The notes below the pieces were generated by a model. The model was not told the origin of the DNA. It did no database searches and saw only the letters and a program-made list of their open reading frames with translations. The position numbers and the translations under genes are program-made. A DNA stretch of 64,000 bases, taken from assembly GCF_016433145.1 (NCBI RefSeq), contig NC_058131.1, forward strand, positions 484,576,068-484,640,067, written 5' to 3'. The stretch's first letter is position 1. Each line of letters opens with the position of its first letter. Positions 37,701-50,865 of the stretch are shown here, one piece after another. Source of the DNA: Gracilinanus agilis. Taxonomy: Eukaryota.

Positions 37701-40700
37701 CTGGACTGCCAAGGGCAACCAAGTAATAGTAATAATAAGAAAAATAATGATAATTCCCATTTAGCACTTCATAATTAAGGAATTTTCCTCATGACAACTC
37801 AATGAGGTTGGCAGTATAAGAATTATACCTCTTTTTACAGATAATGAAACTGAAGCTCAGAGAGAAAAAAATATCTCCAAATTTCAGGTGCTCTTTCTAG
37901 TCTACCAGATGACCGTGTCTACTTCTTAGCATTTCTAACACATGCCTCTGCATGTGGAACTTTGGATGTTACTGTGGAGTGACAGAGTAGCTCTCACCTG
38001 AGGAGGTCCAGAAGCATCTTCTGATCACCTATTTCCTTAAGAAAGTGAATGAGATGTCTCAGAGCAACCTGTCGTACTTCTAGCTCTCGGAAAAGGATCT
38101 CTGGTAGCGAGTTAAGTAGAGAAAAAAGAAAATTAATCCCTCAGGTCCATGTTGATTGGTGGCACTGAACTGCTTCCCTCCCACTTTTCTAATCTTTATT
38201 ACATGGAAAGGCTTGCTAGGTAGGGGAGTAAAACAAAAAAATTTGGAAATTAATTAGTTGAAAATATAGAAGGCATCAATAAAAACAGATATTTTAAAAT
38301 TTAGAATAATAAATCTAATCATGCTAAATGTGAAAATAGCTCCCTAACTATACAGTTTTCTCCCAAATCCTAGTAGCAGCCAACATATTCTATAATCTTT
38401 CTGGCTTAAACAGAATACAGTTATTTCTTCCACATTGCGGGGATTAGGGGTATGGCACCCTCTTGATCTAGAAAATCTGTGTAAAAAATTTGGGTCCTCC
38501 TTGTGTAACAAAGAAGAAGTTGGAATTTTTCCTTTTTCTCTTATGGGTATTTATAGTATTGATTGTAAAATTTGAGTCAAGTATGCATTTCTGCACTTCT
38601 AAACTCCTTCTGTGTCATCTGTGACTTCCACAAAATTCTTATTTAATTTCTTATGCCACTCCATGACATGAAACTATGATGGAGAAAGTCTCAATGTGGA
38701 AAGGATAACTGTACTAACCAGTGAGAAAACTCTTCAATTCCCACCAACTCAATCTGTTGGCTCTTGGAATAGACTTCCTTCAAACTCTAGCCCAGCTACC
38801 TGCTTATGCATAAGATGCAGTGTAATTTGTGATTAATGGGTTACTATAAAGAAGAACTACTACTCAGCCATCATGCAAAACAAAAGGCTTGACTGCAAAC
38901 CACTCCAAATTATACTCACCTTTGCTCAGGGTCCTCTTGAGGAAGATCAAAACCTGAGGAAAGAGGAAGAATAAAATATAAGTTATATAAGGCTATACAG
39001 CCCTATACCTTAAGGGCCACCCAAGCACAAATCAGTTGGTGTCTCTAACCCAACCCTCAAAAGCTCCTCTGATTGGTAGTTTATCAGAGGCCAAAAATCC
39101 ATTTGGGATCAGCCAAGGCAAAGAATAAGTTACTGGACGCAAAAATGATTAAAGCCTAAAACACAACATTCCTCAGAAATCACTTGTTCCTGGTATCCCT
39201 GACTATCTGGAGATGATGGCCACTTCCCTAGTATTCTCTCACATTTATCCTTCCTCAGGGTAAGTATAAGAATGGAAAAACAACCTATTCTCCATCTGAA
39301 CTTCCAGAAGAGCCAAGATCCTAAGTCACTACCCAAGACTCCCATCATACTCCCCACCTCTGAAGCTGTGCCAGTGAGGGTCCCTAGAAGCACAGGGAAA
39401 TCACTCCCCACTTGGCACCTAAATCACAATCCTAAAGTTTGTGGCTGCAGAGTCTCCTGTCCCTAAAATAAAGCTCACTGCAGTAATGACGTTCCCATCA
39501 TGGATAGATACTGCTTCTTCCAGAAGTTGGAGCTTGTCCTGCAGGGAGCGGAACCTCTCAAGGGAGCAAACCTGAGTGGGCAAGAGGAGGTAAAAAGAAA
39601 TCAGAGTACAGTTCCCCAGTCTGCAGCACTAGATTTGAGGAAGTCATATTCTTAAACTCTCTTTTCAGTAATTTCCCAGAATGGTACCAATTTCAGGAAG
39701 TGCCATTAGTAACAGTTTCAATTTTACATCAAGATCCCTGTGCACACTACAGACCTGAAGCCTCTCCCAAACCTCTCCAGTTGAGCTCTATACACATCAC
39801 CCAAGGTAGAACATTCCCACATGTCCTTTTCCCTTCTCTCCCATTTACTCTTTCTTCTACTCCACCCAATCCATGCCAAAAGACAGGGCATCAACAGTGC
39901 TGCAACTACTCCCCTGAAATAGGCATAAAACCTTTGACTTGTTGGGTTCAGTTCTTTCAGAAATCATCTCATTCATCAAATGGCAGGATGGGGACATGAA
40001 AATGACAGAAACCCTTCCCTGGAGACAATGTGCCCAGAATCCCCAGAATCACCCCCATTCCTTTCTTTCTATAATGTTCTTACCTTACCCTTCTGCAGGC
40101 GCCTGACTGTGTCACTGAGGCTCCAGTCACTGCTGTAATCCTGAAATATTAGCAGCTTGTGAACCTCACTGGGATCAGAGGCCAGGGTATCTGGATGCCA
40201 GCTCCTCACCCCAGCCTCACAGGTACCAGGAGGGCTTGAGCTCAGGTGGCCTGGTTGACTTCACGAGATCCTTTGTCATGAAGGGGGAGGTATTTAGTAG
40301 GAGCAAATAGACAAGGGAGAAACTGGAAAGGCGAAAATGGCCTTGATAGGAAGTTGAGAGCTAGTGTTTTTCTGTGTTACTGAAAGCACTGGGAAAAGGG
40401 AAGCATAAGGGAAAGAAAAGAGGGAGAAAGAGGGATTCTTTCCCACAACCCTCCAAAATGTCACTGTAAGTGGAACCAATTTAGTCAGAAAACCAGAAAC
40501 TTTTCTAAAGCCATCATTTTAAGATTTCCACCCATTAATGCTGGTTTTATGCAATAGCCATGCATTCATTCATGGCTCAAACTTGTGGAAGGTTAGATTA
40601 GAGTTGCATCAACACACACTCTGGATTCTTGGCCTCAGAGAGGAGCCTTTGCTCTGGGAGTGGCTGTTCTCATTTATCCATTTCACTGTAATCTCTGCCC

Positions 40701-43700
40701 AATTAAGTCCCCTTTGCCTAGTCCACATGAAAACCACTGGGCTTTGAAGTACATTTTCTAATAGTAACCCACCTTGTATTCACCTTTAGGTCTTCGCAGC
40801 TCTGGAGCATAGCTTTTGGGAGGTACATCTGAGAGGGCTGGTGAAGAAAAGGCAACAGGCTCAAGAGAATACCCTGAATTTTTGCCTCTTGCCACCCCTC
40901 CCTTTAAGCACAGCTTCCTTCTCCAAAAGATTTTCTAGCATATGGATGTATGGCCAAGGGCAGTGACCCTTTCATGGCTGCAGGCAAAGCAGGACATCAT
41001 TCCAATATTATGAGCTACCATTACAATAGGAGGGGAGGGGGGGGGGTGGAGAAGGAGAGGGCATATCACTTTATCCTTTAAAAAGCTAAAACACTTCCTT
41101 CCACATAGTTCCCAGGTTCTTCCTAAGGTCAGAGCACCAAGAGGGAATCATCTGACATGCCACCTACTTCCCCTAATTCTTCAGGCTGACTATTAAGCCT
41201 AAAAAAAAACTAATTTCTACAGCAAGCAAGGGAAGACAGTCCAGTGCCCAAAACCCAATGCCTACCATCTGAAAGGGACTGGAAACTCCCAAGTCTGCTT
41301 CTTCCTAAAGCCAAAGAGCATACGGAGAATGAGACCCAAAGTTCAAGCTAAGGTTGTCCAGGATCACTAATAATCATAAGCATCCACTGGGAACAGAACA
41401 GTTAAGTAACAAATAAAAATCGGTATTTGCATTGTGCTTATTTAAATTTCGTATCATTGCTTATATATGTGTGTGTATGTATATACATAATTTCACTTAA
41501 GCTTTACAACAAATTTTTAACTAAAAAATATAAACACAATTATAGAGAATTTTGAAATCACAATAAAAGTATTAAATAGAACAATTCTTTGGGAAAACAA
41601 GGGCTTATTTTGAAAGTTTTAACAAAATAAACATTCTTCTAAGAAAAATAAAGAGCAAGCTTTTCTTATTCCCTAGGATCCCTCTCTATAGAAGAGGCTT
41701 ATTTACAATTCAAAAATACTGGCACCAAAGGGGCAATTAGGTAGCAAAATAGATAGAGAGGTAGGCCTGGAGATAGGAAGACCTGAGATCAAATCTGGTC
41801 TTAGACACTTCCTAGCTGGTGTGTTGCCGAGTAAGTCATTTTAATCGCAACTGCCTAATCTGTACCACTCTTCTGCCTTAGAATCAGTACTTACTATGGA
41901 TTTTAAGACAAAATGTAAGGGCTATTTTTTTAAAAATGGCATTGAAATTTGGTAAGTTCCCCAGTGGCAATGAAGCCTTGATCACATGATCCAAATCATA
42001 AAATGTATACTTCCCCTGAGCTATGGATGGGGTTCTTTTGTTTAGTCTCCATGGGATTACTAAATTTTTTAGCCAACTTTTTATTCAAACTGCTATGGCA
42101 TAGTGTAGAGATTGAGTTTGGAGTCTGAAAGGCCTGAGTTCATGTCATATTTCTGATACATTATGGCTGTATGATGATGAGCAAATCACTTAACCCCTCA
42201 GTATCTCAAATGACTCTCTAAGACTATAAATTACAGATAGAGTTGCTTACTTATATTTTTTTTTAACCCTTGTACTTCGGTGTATTGTCTCATAGGTGGA
42301 AGATTGGTAAGGGTGGGCAATGGGGGTCAAGTGACTTGCCCAGGGTCACACAGCTGGGAAGTGGCTGAGGCCGGGTTTGAACCTAGGACCTCCCGTCTCT
42401 AGGCCTGACTCTCACTCCACTGAGCTACCCAGCTGCTCCCTTACTTGTATTTTTGAGGAACTGCCCACTTCAGACATTCCTTTATGTTTGATTGTTTAAA
42501 TAAAACTCTTACCTTCTTTCTTAGTATCAATTCTAAGAGAAGAACAGTAAAAGCTAGACAAAACAAGTTAAGTGATTTGTGCAGAGTCACACAGCTGGGA
42601 AATATGAGGCCAGATTTGAACTCAGGTCTTCCCCACTTCAGGCCTGGCTACCTGCAATGATGAAATCAGAGGTCCAAACCAAAACCAAAACCAAAAATTA
42701 TCTTCAAAGATGATGCTTTAAGCCTCCTCTCTTCTAAAAGAAATGCCTATAGTGCATCTTTCTCAGTAATTTTTAACTTTTCTCTTATCAACTCACCCTA
42801 AATTTGAAGTTGAAGTCCAAAGGCCTTCTATCTGCACCCTCTGGGTTAGCTGGGCCTCACAGTGCTCCTAGCATTCATGTGTAGTTGCAAAAAGACTGGA
42901 TTTTGAGTTGGGAGATCTAAGTTCTAATTTCAGCACATCAACTAACTGTGTAGGGCAGCTAGGTGATGCAATAGATGGAGAGCCTGACCTGGAGTGAGGA
43001 AGACTACTCTTTCTGAGTTCAAATTTGGCTACAGACATTTAACTAGCTGTGTGACCCTGGGTAAGTCACTTAACTCTGTTGGCTTCAGTTTTCTCATCTA
43101 TAAAATGAGCTGGAGAAGAAAATAACAAACTGCTTTAGTATCTATGCCAAAAAAAACACCCCAAAAAACCCTCAAAAGGGATCATGAAGAGTCAGACACA
43201 ACTGAAAAATGACTCAAGGACAACATCAAAGATTAAAAAAACAAAACAAAACTAACTGGCTGGCTGGATTAGATGATCTGTCTGAAGGGTCCCTTCCAGT
43301 TTTCAATTCTTATGATTCTCTTAGCTGGTGGCTGGTTTATAAGCATTCTATGTTGGCCACAAGTACTAACCTATACTGGCTGATTAAGCTATTCACTTCT
43401 GTCTCTCCAACCTCGAAGAACTCAAACTTCCTGCTTCCCTGATGGAAAAAAGGTTAAAAAAGCTGTGATATGCCCTAGCAACATACAAGTTTTCATATTT
43501 TTTTCTTATATCTTAGCACAGCGCCTAGCATATAGCAAGGGCTTAATAAATGTTTAATGACTATATCAAAAGAGGTAACTTTCCACTTCAATATAAATTT
43601 CCTCCAAGCTCTGAAGCTGAGATCTTTTTACTTCTTAGAAATTAGTCTAAGTTATATAATAGAGCTGAGTTTGTGGCCTTAGAAACCACCTAATCAAAAA

Positions 43701-46700
43701 TCATAGCTATGCCACAGCTTTCCCAAAGCAATAAAGATCAGAGATTTGGAGCCAAGAGTATCCTCAGATACAATCTAGTCTAATCCTATAATTTTATAAA
43801 TGACAAAACTGAAGCCCAGAGAATTTAAGTAACTTGTCCAAGTCATTTGCCCCATTTGCATAATAAGAGACAGTGTTTGGAATCAAACTCATACCCTATC
43901 TCCAAATCTATCACTCTTCTTAAATGTACCAATGTCACCTTGCCCTTGGCAATCCAATGCCAATCCTGCCAAACAAGCTCTGGAGACCCCTTCCCTTGAT
44001 CCAGCCACTCAAAATTCTCCACAATTCCTCTTACCCACAAAACCTGGCAGAGTGACAAAGAATTACTGAATTAGTTGCCAATACCAATAAAGCATATCTT
44101 CCCTTCAGTTTTCCTTTATTCCAGATCAAAAGAGAATGCTTGGCTGGATCTTTCGATGCCCAAGGAAAAAGGAAACTTCTCACACCTCTTCACTTTTTAC
44201 CTTTGAAGAAGCTACTCAAAGAGTAGGAGGAGGTAGGCTTGGGAAGTGGAGGATATGAGGATAAGCTGTTTCGAGCCTTTAGCTGTTCACGTCCCTCAAG
44301 AGTGGGGCCACCACTGGAAGCTGTCTCTTTGATAGACCAAGAGATGCCTACATGAAAGGAAGGTGTCAAAGTGCAGATTTAGTAAACCTTATGTAGAATG
44401 TAAATCCCTAAGCTCCTATCTTCTAGGAGTTTTCTAAAAACTTCACAGGTCATCTTGACTTCCTAAAACTGATCCTGCCTCCTAAAATTGGAGAGGCCAT
44501 TGGGTGACCACAGGAGGAACTTTTAAAGGTTAATCGCTTAAATAGTGTTAAATAGTGGCTGGGTGGCAAGATTTGGTAGCTAAGTAACATTGTCCTGCCA
44601 CAGAATTATGGGAATCCATTCACAACCACAGCTATGCAGGATCCAGCAAAGAATGAATAATCCTGCTTTCAGAGACTAAAGGATGAGAACATCACATATT
44701 TTGTCAGAGGTTGTTGCTTTTTTGGTTGGTTTTGCTTAACTGTTTTTCTTTGTTATAAGTGGATTTTAGTGGAAAGCGGAGAAGTGACTGTGATATAAGA
44801 TGTCAACAAAAATATGTGTATTTAAAAAATAGACAGGTAGGGCATGGTAGCATGTCCTCTAGTCTCTGCTGCTGAGGCTGGTCTCTGAGCCACAGTCAGG
44901 TTAATGCTGATTAGGCTTCCTCTCTAAGTCAGGAACCAACATGGTAAACCCCTGAGAGCAGAGGTAGCCAAGGAGGCAAAACAGCCCAGGTGGGAAAAAT
45001 AGAGGAGGTTAAAGCTTCCATACTGATCAATATGGGGGATCCAGACTGTCAGTGGGTATTGCACTTCTAGCCAGGGATAGGGAGAGCCAATCTCAAAAAT
45101 TATTTTAAAAAGGAGACAAAAAGGCTCTTTCTTACATCTTTCATGGACTTACATCTTTCACTGGGCTCAAATCTTGCTTCTCACACATACATAGTTGTGT
45201 GATCCCGGACAAGTCACTTCATCTCTCTACATCTCAGTTTCCTCATCTGTAAAAGAAGGGGGGTGGACTAGAAAGCCTTTAAAGTTTGTTCCAGTTCTGA
45301 ATTTATTATCCTATGATCATCTGTCTCTTCAGAAACTCACCAGTCCAGGAGAGACTTTTGAAGTGAATGAATTTTGAAAAGCAGAGAGGGAAGGACATTG
45401 GTTTAAACAGGTAGGCCATCTATTAAAGACATAAATCCTGAGGATGATCTCATTGGATTTCTTCTACTTACTCCCCACAGGTTCTCCACTCCAGCTGACC
45501 CTCTCCAGGTCATCGTCATCATCATCCACAATGTCCCGAAGGCTGTTTACTGCCCGTTTGGATTCCTTCAACTGCAAATGGACAGAAATCTGGGAATCCA
45601 AGTCAATTCTTCCTCCTACTGCCCACCACCAGCATCCAAATTTATTTAGCAAGATGATACCAGAGGAATTTGGGACACAAAGCCAAAAGGCTGAATGATT
45701 AATACTTTACAGGAAAAACTCATACAGCTACCACTCTAATTCAAACTTTCATCATCTCAAGCCTGGACTATTGCAATGGCCTCCTAACTGGGGCTCCCTG
45801 TTTTCAGTTCCTCCTTCTTTCAACCCATTCAATTAGCAAAACCTCTTTTGTCTTCAATTTATCTTTGTATATTTAATTTCATATTATTTCTCTTTATGTA
45901 AGCAACATTCTAAACAAATGACCCTACTAGCAGGTTTCCAAACTCAATATTCCATCTCTAGCATAGGTTCAATTATTATCTCTATTCAAATAATTTCTAA
46001 ATCTATATGCCAAGTTCATATTTCTAAGACAGAGATCTGGCCTGCTCTAGATAGAGAGGTGGGGAGGTGGGAGGGTAAAGGGTATATATTTAATTTCATA
46101 TTACTTTCCTTTATGTAAGCAACATTCAAAATAAATGATCCTACTAGCACAGTGATGGGCAGACTTTAAAGAGGGGACCAAAGGAAAGGAAATGCTCATT
46201 TGTCAGTCTGTTTCTAAGGCAACTCTTTCGAAGTTTCATTGTATTGTATCCTACTCAATGTATTCATCAGATTAGGAATAATGTCTCTCAGCTGGAGAGA
46301 ACATTTCAGGGGGCCACATCTGGCCCGCAGGCTGTAGTTTGCCCATCACTGTACTAACAGATCCCCAGATCCAAAATTCCATCTCTGGTTTCAAAACCTT
46401 TACAAAGGCATGCCTAGAACATACCCCAGTCTTACTTCTGTTTCATAGAATATTTAGCCTATTTCAAGACCAATTCCCAGATGAAGTCTTTTTTGAATCC
46501 TCCAAGTTAGCAGTGCTTTGTCCCTCCTTGGACTATCATGTTTGCACCATGGACAACCAGGGACACACCTATCTGCATATAGCTTGTACCCTCTTAGAAT
46601 AAATACTCATTGAAAATAAGGTTTATTGTTTGTCTTTATATTCCTAGCTCTTGAATAATGTCTTACACATAGAAGACGCTTATGTGTTTTGATTACATCT

Positions 46701-49583
46701 GATCACAATTCTCACACAAGAACAAATATGAAACCATTTAAATAAGGAACTTTTTTAAAGACGGAAAACTGTATTACATGAATAAAATCAATGCATCTAA
46801 GATATAGAGAGAAGTGGTTGCCGGAAGAAGAAAAATTTTTATATTAAATATTTATGGTAAGGGTTTGATATCCAAACATAGAAAACTAATGGAAATATGT
46901 AAGAACAAAAGCTATTTCCCAAAATTGTCAAAGGATAAGAACAAACAATTCTCAAAGGATGAACTGCAAATTTTAACCATGACAACATTCCAAATGAACA
47001 ATTATGAGAAAAATGAAAAGAAAACAACACAGAGGTTTCCACTGATAGCAAGCAAATTAGCAATGATGACAAAAAAATGTCAACATTGGAGGGGTGTAAG
47101 GGAGAAAAAGGGGTTTTATGGGTTAAATATATTAAAAGGTGGTCGCCAGGGGAAATTTCCCCAATTAAGGAATACTCTCAAGTCAAAATTGACTTTTATT
47201 TACATTTAGGAAGGTTGAAGGTAGGGAATTGAGAGAGAGAAACTCTGGCCAGGACCAGGTAAGGATTTGGGAGGCCCAGCAGTTAATTAAACAATGCCTC
47301 TAGCTACAAGGCTTTTACAATTAGAGAGGCCTCCCTGAGGGTAGAGTCTCCAGAAAGGCCAAGGAAAGAGAAAGAGTCAGCCTAGCTTACCTACATGGAA
47401 CAGTCTAGCTCACCAACCAGCAAAGCTCCCTCAGGTCCCCTTCACGGCACCAGTGGCAGCCTCCCTCACTCCTGCAGCCTCACTAGATGCTCTCTTCCAC
47501 CCAAGACCCCAGCTGACTGAGGATCTTCTCCTTTTAAAGGGGTCACTTATGCATCACTTCCTGCTCCTCCCTCCTAATTCACATGTCCAATCACAATATA
47601 AAAGGAGGTCAATGCCTCCCTCCCCCCAAAAAAAGGCCCTACACAAAACAAAATAAAACATTTACAAGAACACTCTTTTTGGTAACAATGAAATGGAAAT
47701 GAAAAAGATGGATTAAAGAATGGTTAAGAAAATTGTGGTATCTGAATATAACAGAATTTTGCTGGGTTGTAAGAAATGATGAATACAAAGAAGCATGGAC
47801 TGATGTAAACTGATGGAAAGAGAGCCAAGAAACATATTTACACAATGGCAACAATGTAATTAGATAGAACAACCACAACCCCAGAATGTTGCAATATTAC
47901 AAAGAATAAGCTTGGTCCCAAAGAAGAGATAAGAGAAAGCCCTTTCCCTAGACCCTGTAGGCTAAGAGGTGGCATGCATGGCCCAGGCTCCCTTTCCCCT
48001 CTCCACCAAGCCCAAGGCCATTTTTCCCAGGCCCCACCCCTCCATCTCCCTCCACAGGATGGGTAATTTGGGTGAAAAGACTCACAGGTAGCTTGAAGGT
48101 GGAGTTTGGGCAAGTGATCTCTGAAAGATTCACCAATGCTGCCCTAGACTCTTTTGCTGCCTTCAATACTAAGTATCAGTTCTAAGGCAGAAGAGCAGTA
48201 AGGGCTAGGCAAGTGGGGTTGTGACCTGCCCAGGGACACACAGCTAGGAAAAGAGTCTGAGGCCAGATACCTCCATGGTACTAGGTCTAGTTCTATCCAC
48301 TAAGTCACTTAGCTGGCTGCTTCTTCTCAAAAATCAAATCCTTTGCTATAAAAGACTGTTCTAAGAGAGCAATAACACACAAAAAATAACCAAATAATTG
48401 AAGCTGAATGGTGCAAGATTATAAAGATCAAGCTTGGATCTACAAAAGAGATGTTAGAAAACACAACCCCCAGCTTCTCTGTAGAAGAGGAGGCCACAGG
48501 AATGGAACACTCCATACAATAGCAACTTTTTCATATGCTGATCTTTTTTTTACTTATCTTTTAAAAAATTTTTAAGGGCTGGCTCTCTTGGGAAGGGAAA
48601 GAGGATGGGATATAGTAGGAAATATAAATGATATAAAATTTTTTAAAGAAATGGAGAATATTTAAGAGACCGTGTGCTGTGCCTCCCCACCACACCCTTT
48701 ACCCCACACAGAGGAGGGAGGAAGTGTTCCCATTGGGCTGCTGGGCATGGGGACAAATGTCGTTAGGCATGGTGGAGAGGGGGAGGGGAGCAGCTCTGCC
48801 TGAGTCCTCTGCCTTTCCAGTAACAAACTCGAGGAGGAGTCTGCACGTCATCTTTGATACTCATGTCATAGGTTCACCATCACTGGGCTAGGCTATTGGG
48901 GTTCAGTGACTTCCCCAGGGTCACACAGCTAGGAATTATCTAATGACAGATTTAAACCCAGGATCTCCTGTCTCTAGGCCTGGTTTTTTTTTTACCACTG
49001 AGTCATCTAGCTCCCCCTTCCTAGCAGATCTTTCTTAATACTTTCTTTATTAGATTTTCTACATTTTATGACCCTGAATATTTTTCAGACTGGAATTTCA
49101 ATGACTTCAATGTGAAGACTAGAAGAAACTTTGGAGATCATTTATTTTAATTCCATTTAACAGAAAACTGAAATTGAGATGACATATAACTTGTCCAAGT
49201 TCACAAAGTCATTTACTACATGGGAACCTCTTTGAAAGATGGCCAGCAGAGTGGTCAGGTAGTATAGTGGATAGAGAACCAGGCCTAGAGTTGAGAGGAC
49301 CTGGGTTCCAATTTGGTCTCAGACACTTCTTTGCTGTGTGACCCTGGATAAGTCACTTGCCCAGGCTTGCCCCTCTTCTGCCTTGGAATCAAGATTCTAC
49401 GATAAAAGGTTACAGGTTTTTAAAAAACGTGAGACCACCTAAAATGCTGATGGAGTGAGGCCCATGCCTGCCATGGCCTTTGCAACCTACCTGGGAGAGT
49501 TCATCATCATCATCATCAAATGTGAAAGCCTTAAACTTGGAGCTATGCCAGTATTCCTCTTCATCAACTTTTGTCCGATTCAT
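25790..49583 (-). CDS. VIPAS39: VPS33B-interacting protein VIPAR/SPE-39 (492 aa)
   Basis: Coding exons 49583-49491, 45571-45472, 44347-44201, 41304-41266, 40837-40773, 40140-40084, 39571-39479, 38953-38920, 38100-37998, 36518-36491, 35329-35256, 33263-33188, 32758-32624, 31686-31645, 30083-29994, 29583-29497, 27146-27057, 26641-26537 and 25810-25790 total 1479 nt; all introns are GT-AG. The protein runs from [24 protein letters not shown] through [20 protein letters not shown] to QIRWKN*, matching remembered human VIPAS39. Confidence 0.96.
27420..27622 (+). mobile_element. SINE1_Mdo-like SINE
   Basis: Full-length copy with poly-A. Confidence 0.85.
27930..29060 (+). mobile_element. L1 3' remnant (ORF2 C-terminus plus 3' UTR)
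   Basis: Decayed L1 ORF2-like text (CTCCAAATCACTACTAATGAGAAATGCAAATT..., TGACCCACAATTATCACTCTTGGG, TGGCTGAACAAATTATGGTATG). Confidence 0.7.
30587..30608. repeat. (TG)n microsatellite
   Basis: About 11 TG units. Confidence 0.9.
31426..31624 (+). mobile_element. SINE1_Mdo-like SINE
   Basis: Full-length copy ending about 20 nt from VIPAS39 exon 31645-31686. Confidence 0.85.
33332..33539. mobile_element. hAT MITE, 208 bp (copy 1)
   Basis: 16-bp TIRs CAGTGATGAGCAAACT / AGTTTGCCCATCACTG and a perfect 8-bp TSD AACTAAAC. Confidence 0.9.
36731..37105 (-). mobile_element. Two tandem antisense SINE1_Mdo-like SINEs
   Basis: Copies at about 36731-36929 and 36940-37105. Confidence 0.8.
38418..38711. 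mobile_element. Tigger/mariner-type MITE, 294 bp
   Basis: Imperfect 20-bp TIRs CAGTTATTTCTTCCACATTG / CAATGTGGAAAGGATAACTG with TA on both sides. Confidence 0.8.
42255..42438 (-). mobile_element. Young SINE1_Mdo-like SINE (same subfamily as 15961)
   Basis: Shares the diagnostic tail (TGTCTCATAGGTGGA) with the 15961 copy. TSD CTTACTT(A/G)TATTTTT. Confidence 0.88.
42953..43215 (+). mobile_element. MAR1-like CORE-SINE
   Basis: tRNA-like head, CORE and RTE-derived tail (GGGATCATGAAGAGTCAGACACAACTGAAAAATGACT). Confidence 0.75.
44837..45094 (+). pseudogene. Degenerate 7SL (SRP RNA) retropseudogene
   Basis: Colinear with 7SL: GGGCATGGTAGCATGTCCTCTAGTC, CTAAGTCAGGAACCAACATGGT, GCCAAGGAGG..CAGCCCAGGTGGGAAA, CTGATCAATATGGGGGATC, TTGCACTTCTAGCC. 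It has an A-rich tail and an approximate TSD TTTAAAAA..AGACA. Confidence 0.85.
46150..46351. mobile_element. hAT MITE, 202 bp (copy 2, same family as 33332)
   Basis: Same TIRs and internal sequence as copy 1; TSD TACTAGCA / TACTAACA. Confidence 0.9.
46830..48660 (+). mobile_element. L1 3' remnant interrupted by an LTR and a SINE
   Basis: KGLISK...[13 protein letters not shown] is similar to the L1 ORF2 C-terminus. L1-like UTR resumes after 47643. Confidence 0.75.
47095..47643. mobile_element. Solo ERV LTR
   Basis: TGTAAGGG...CCCTACA terminal inverted repeats, about 550 bp, inserted in L1. No TSD visible. Confidence 0.7.
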
Positions 49584-50865
49584 CTGAAGCAAAGAGAAAA
49601 GAAACCTCTTAGAGAAGCAGTTTGGCACTGTAGAAAGAATGTTTCAAATGTAGTCAGAAGTCCAGTGACTTAATTGAAATTCTGATTTCTGTTAGCTATG
49701 GGAGCCCATCTTACTTCTTCCCTAAACCTCTTTTGTAAAATGGGAATAATACTCATATGACCTAATAAAATTCTGTGAATAAAATACCTTAAATATAGAT
49801 TAGAGCTTCAACAGGGGGAAAAAAGCATCTCTGATTCCCTAAAATTTATTCTCAAGCACTAGAAGGTTTTTAAGTCCCGATCCTCAGAAGACAAGGAGAG
49901 AATCCAGTGAAGATATTCTTGGTTAGGAGCAACTAGATAGCATAGTGGGTAGAGCACCAGGCCTGGAACCAGGAGGTCCTCAGTTCAAATCTGGCCTCAG
50001 ACACTTTCTAACTATGTGATCCTGGGCAAGTCACTTAATGAGTGATCAGGCTTTTGATTGGTGAAAAATATATTAAAGAATTTTCCTGGCAAGACACAAA
50101 TCATAAAGGCACTATCATCAAAGTAATATTTTATCCTCAAACACTAAGTTCTACCCACAAGGCAACCTAAACCATTCATGTTAATTGGCTCAGAAAGGTT
50201 CTTGGAAAACTATAGCTTAAGCTATGAACCAAAGAGCAAAAAATAAATAAATAAAAATAAAAAGACTAGCAAGCAAAAATAACAGCAGTCCCAAGAACAG
50301 TCAACTCTGCTTGCTTCTTATTTGGCATTTCTATAGTACCTCTAAGGAAGCATTCTTCAAACTGAAGCTTATGGAAAGTTAGCATCAGTCCAGCTAATGC
50401 TGCTTTCTGGTGGCCACAGGCTTCTTAGGGTCTAATTACACTAACTGGATAGGGATGTGATTTGTTGGTGTCAAATTGACTTCAGAAACTCAATAACCAC
50501 TCTTAGGAAAAATCAAAACTGTATCATTTGCTCTAGCAAGCAAAATTATGAGTCCCAAGGATACTGTGTATCCAGGTACAGTCTGCAAACTGGAGGGGAA
50601 GTTAAAGCCTGCACAACTATGATCTATAAAATGCTTAAAGGTCTTTTCATTACCTGTCATTTCACAGACAAGTATTTTTTTGATAGTCTACAGGCTACAC
50701 AAGGTATATGAGGGACACCAAAGATGCAGCTACAGGGGAGGAAGATGGTATAATACCAAGCAATGTAGAAAGCAGATGAAAAACAACAGACCAAGATGCA
50801 TTATAGTCAGAAAGGAGAGCAAAGTAATGAAAATAAAATAAGAAAGAGAATAAAATAATTTTTTT

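Noticed and set aside
46814-47209. 131-aa ORF
   Set aside because: Chimera of decayed L1 ORF2 and LTR sequence.
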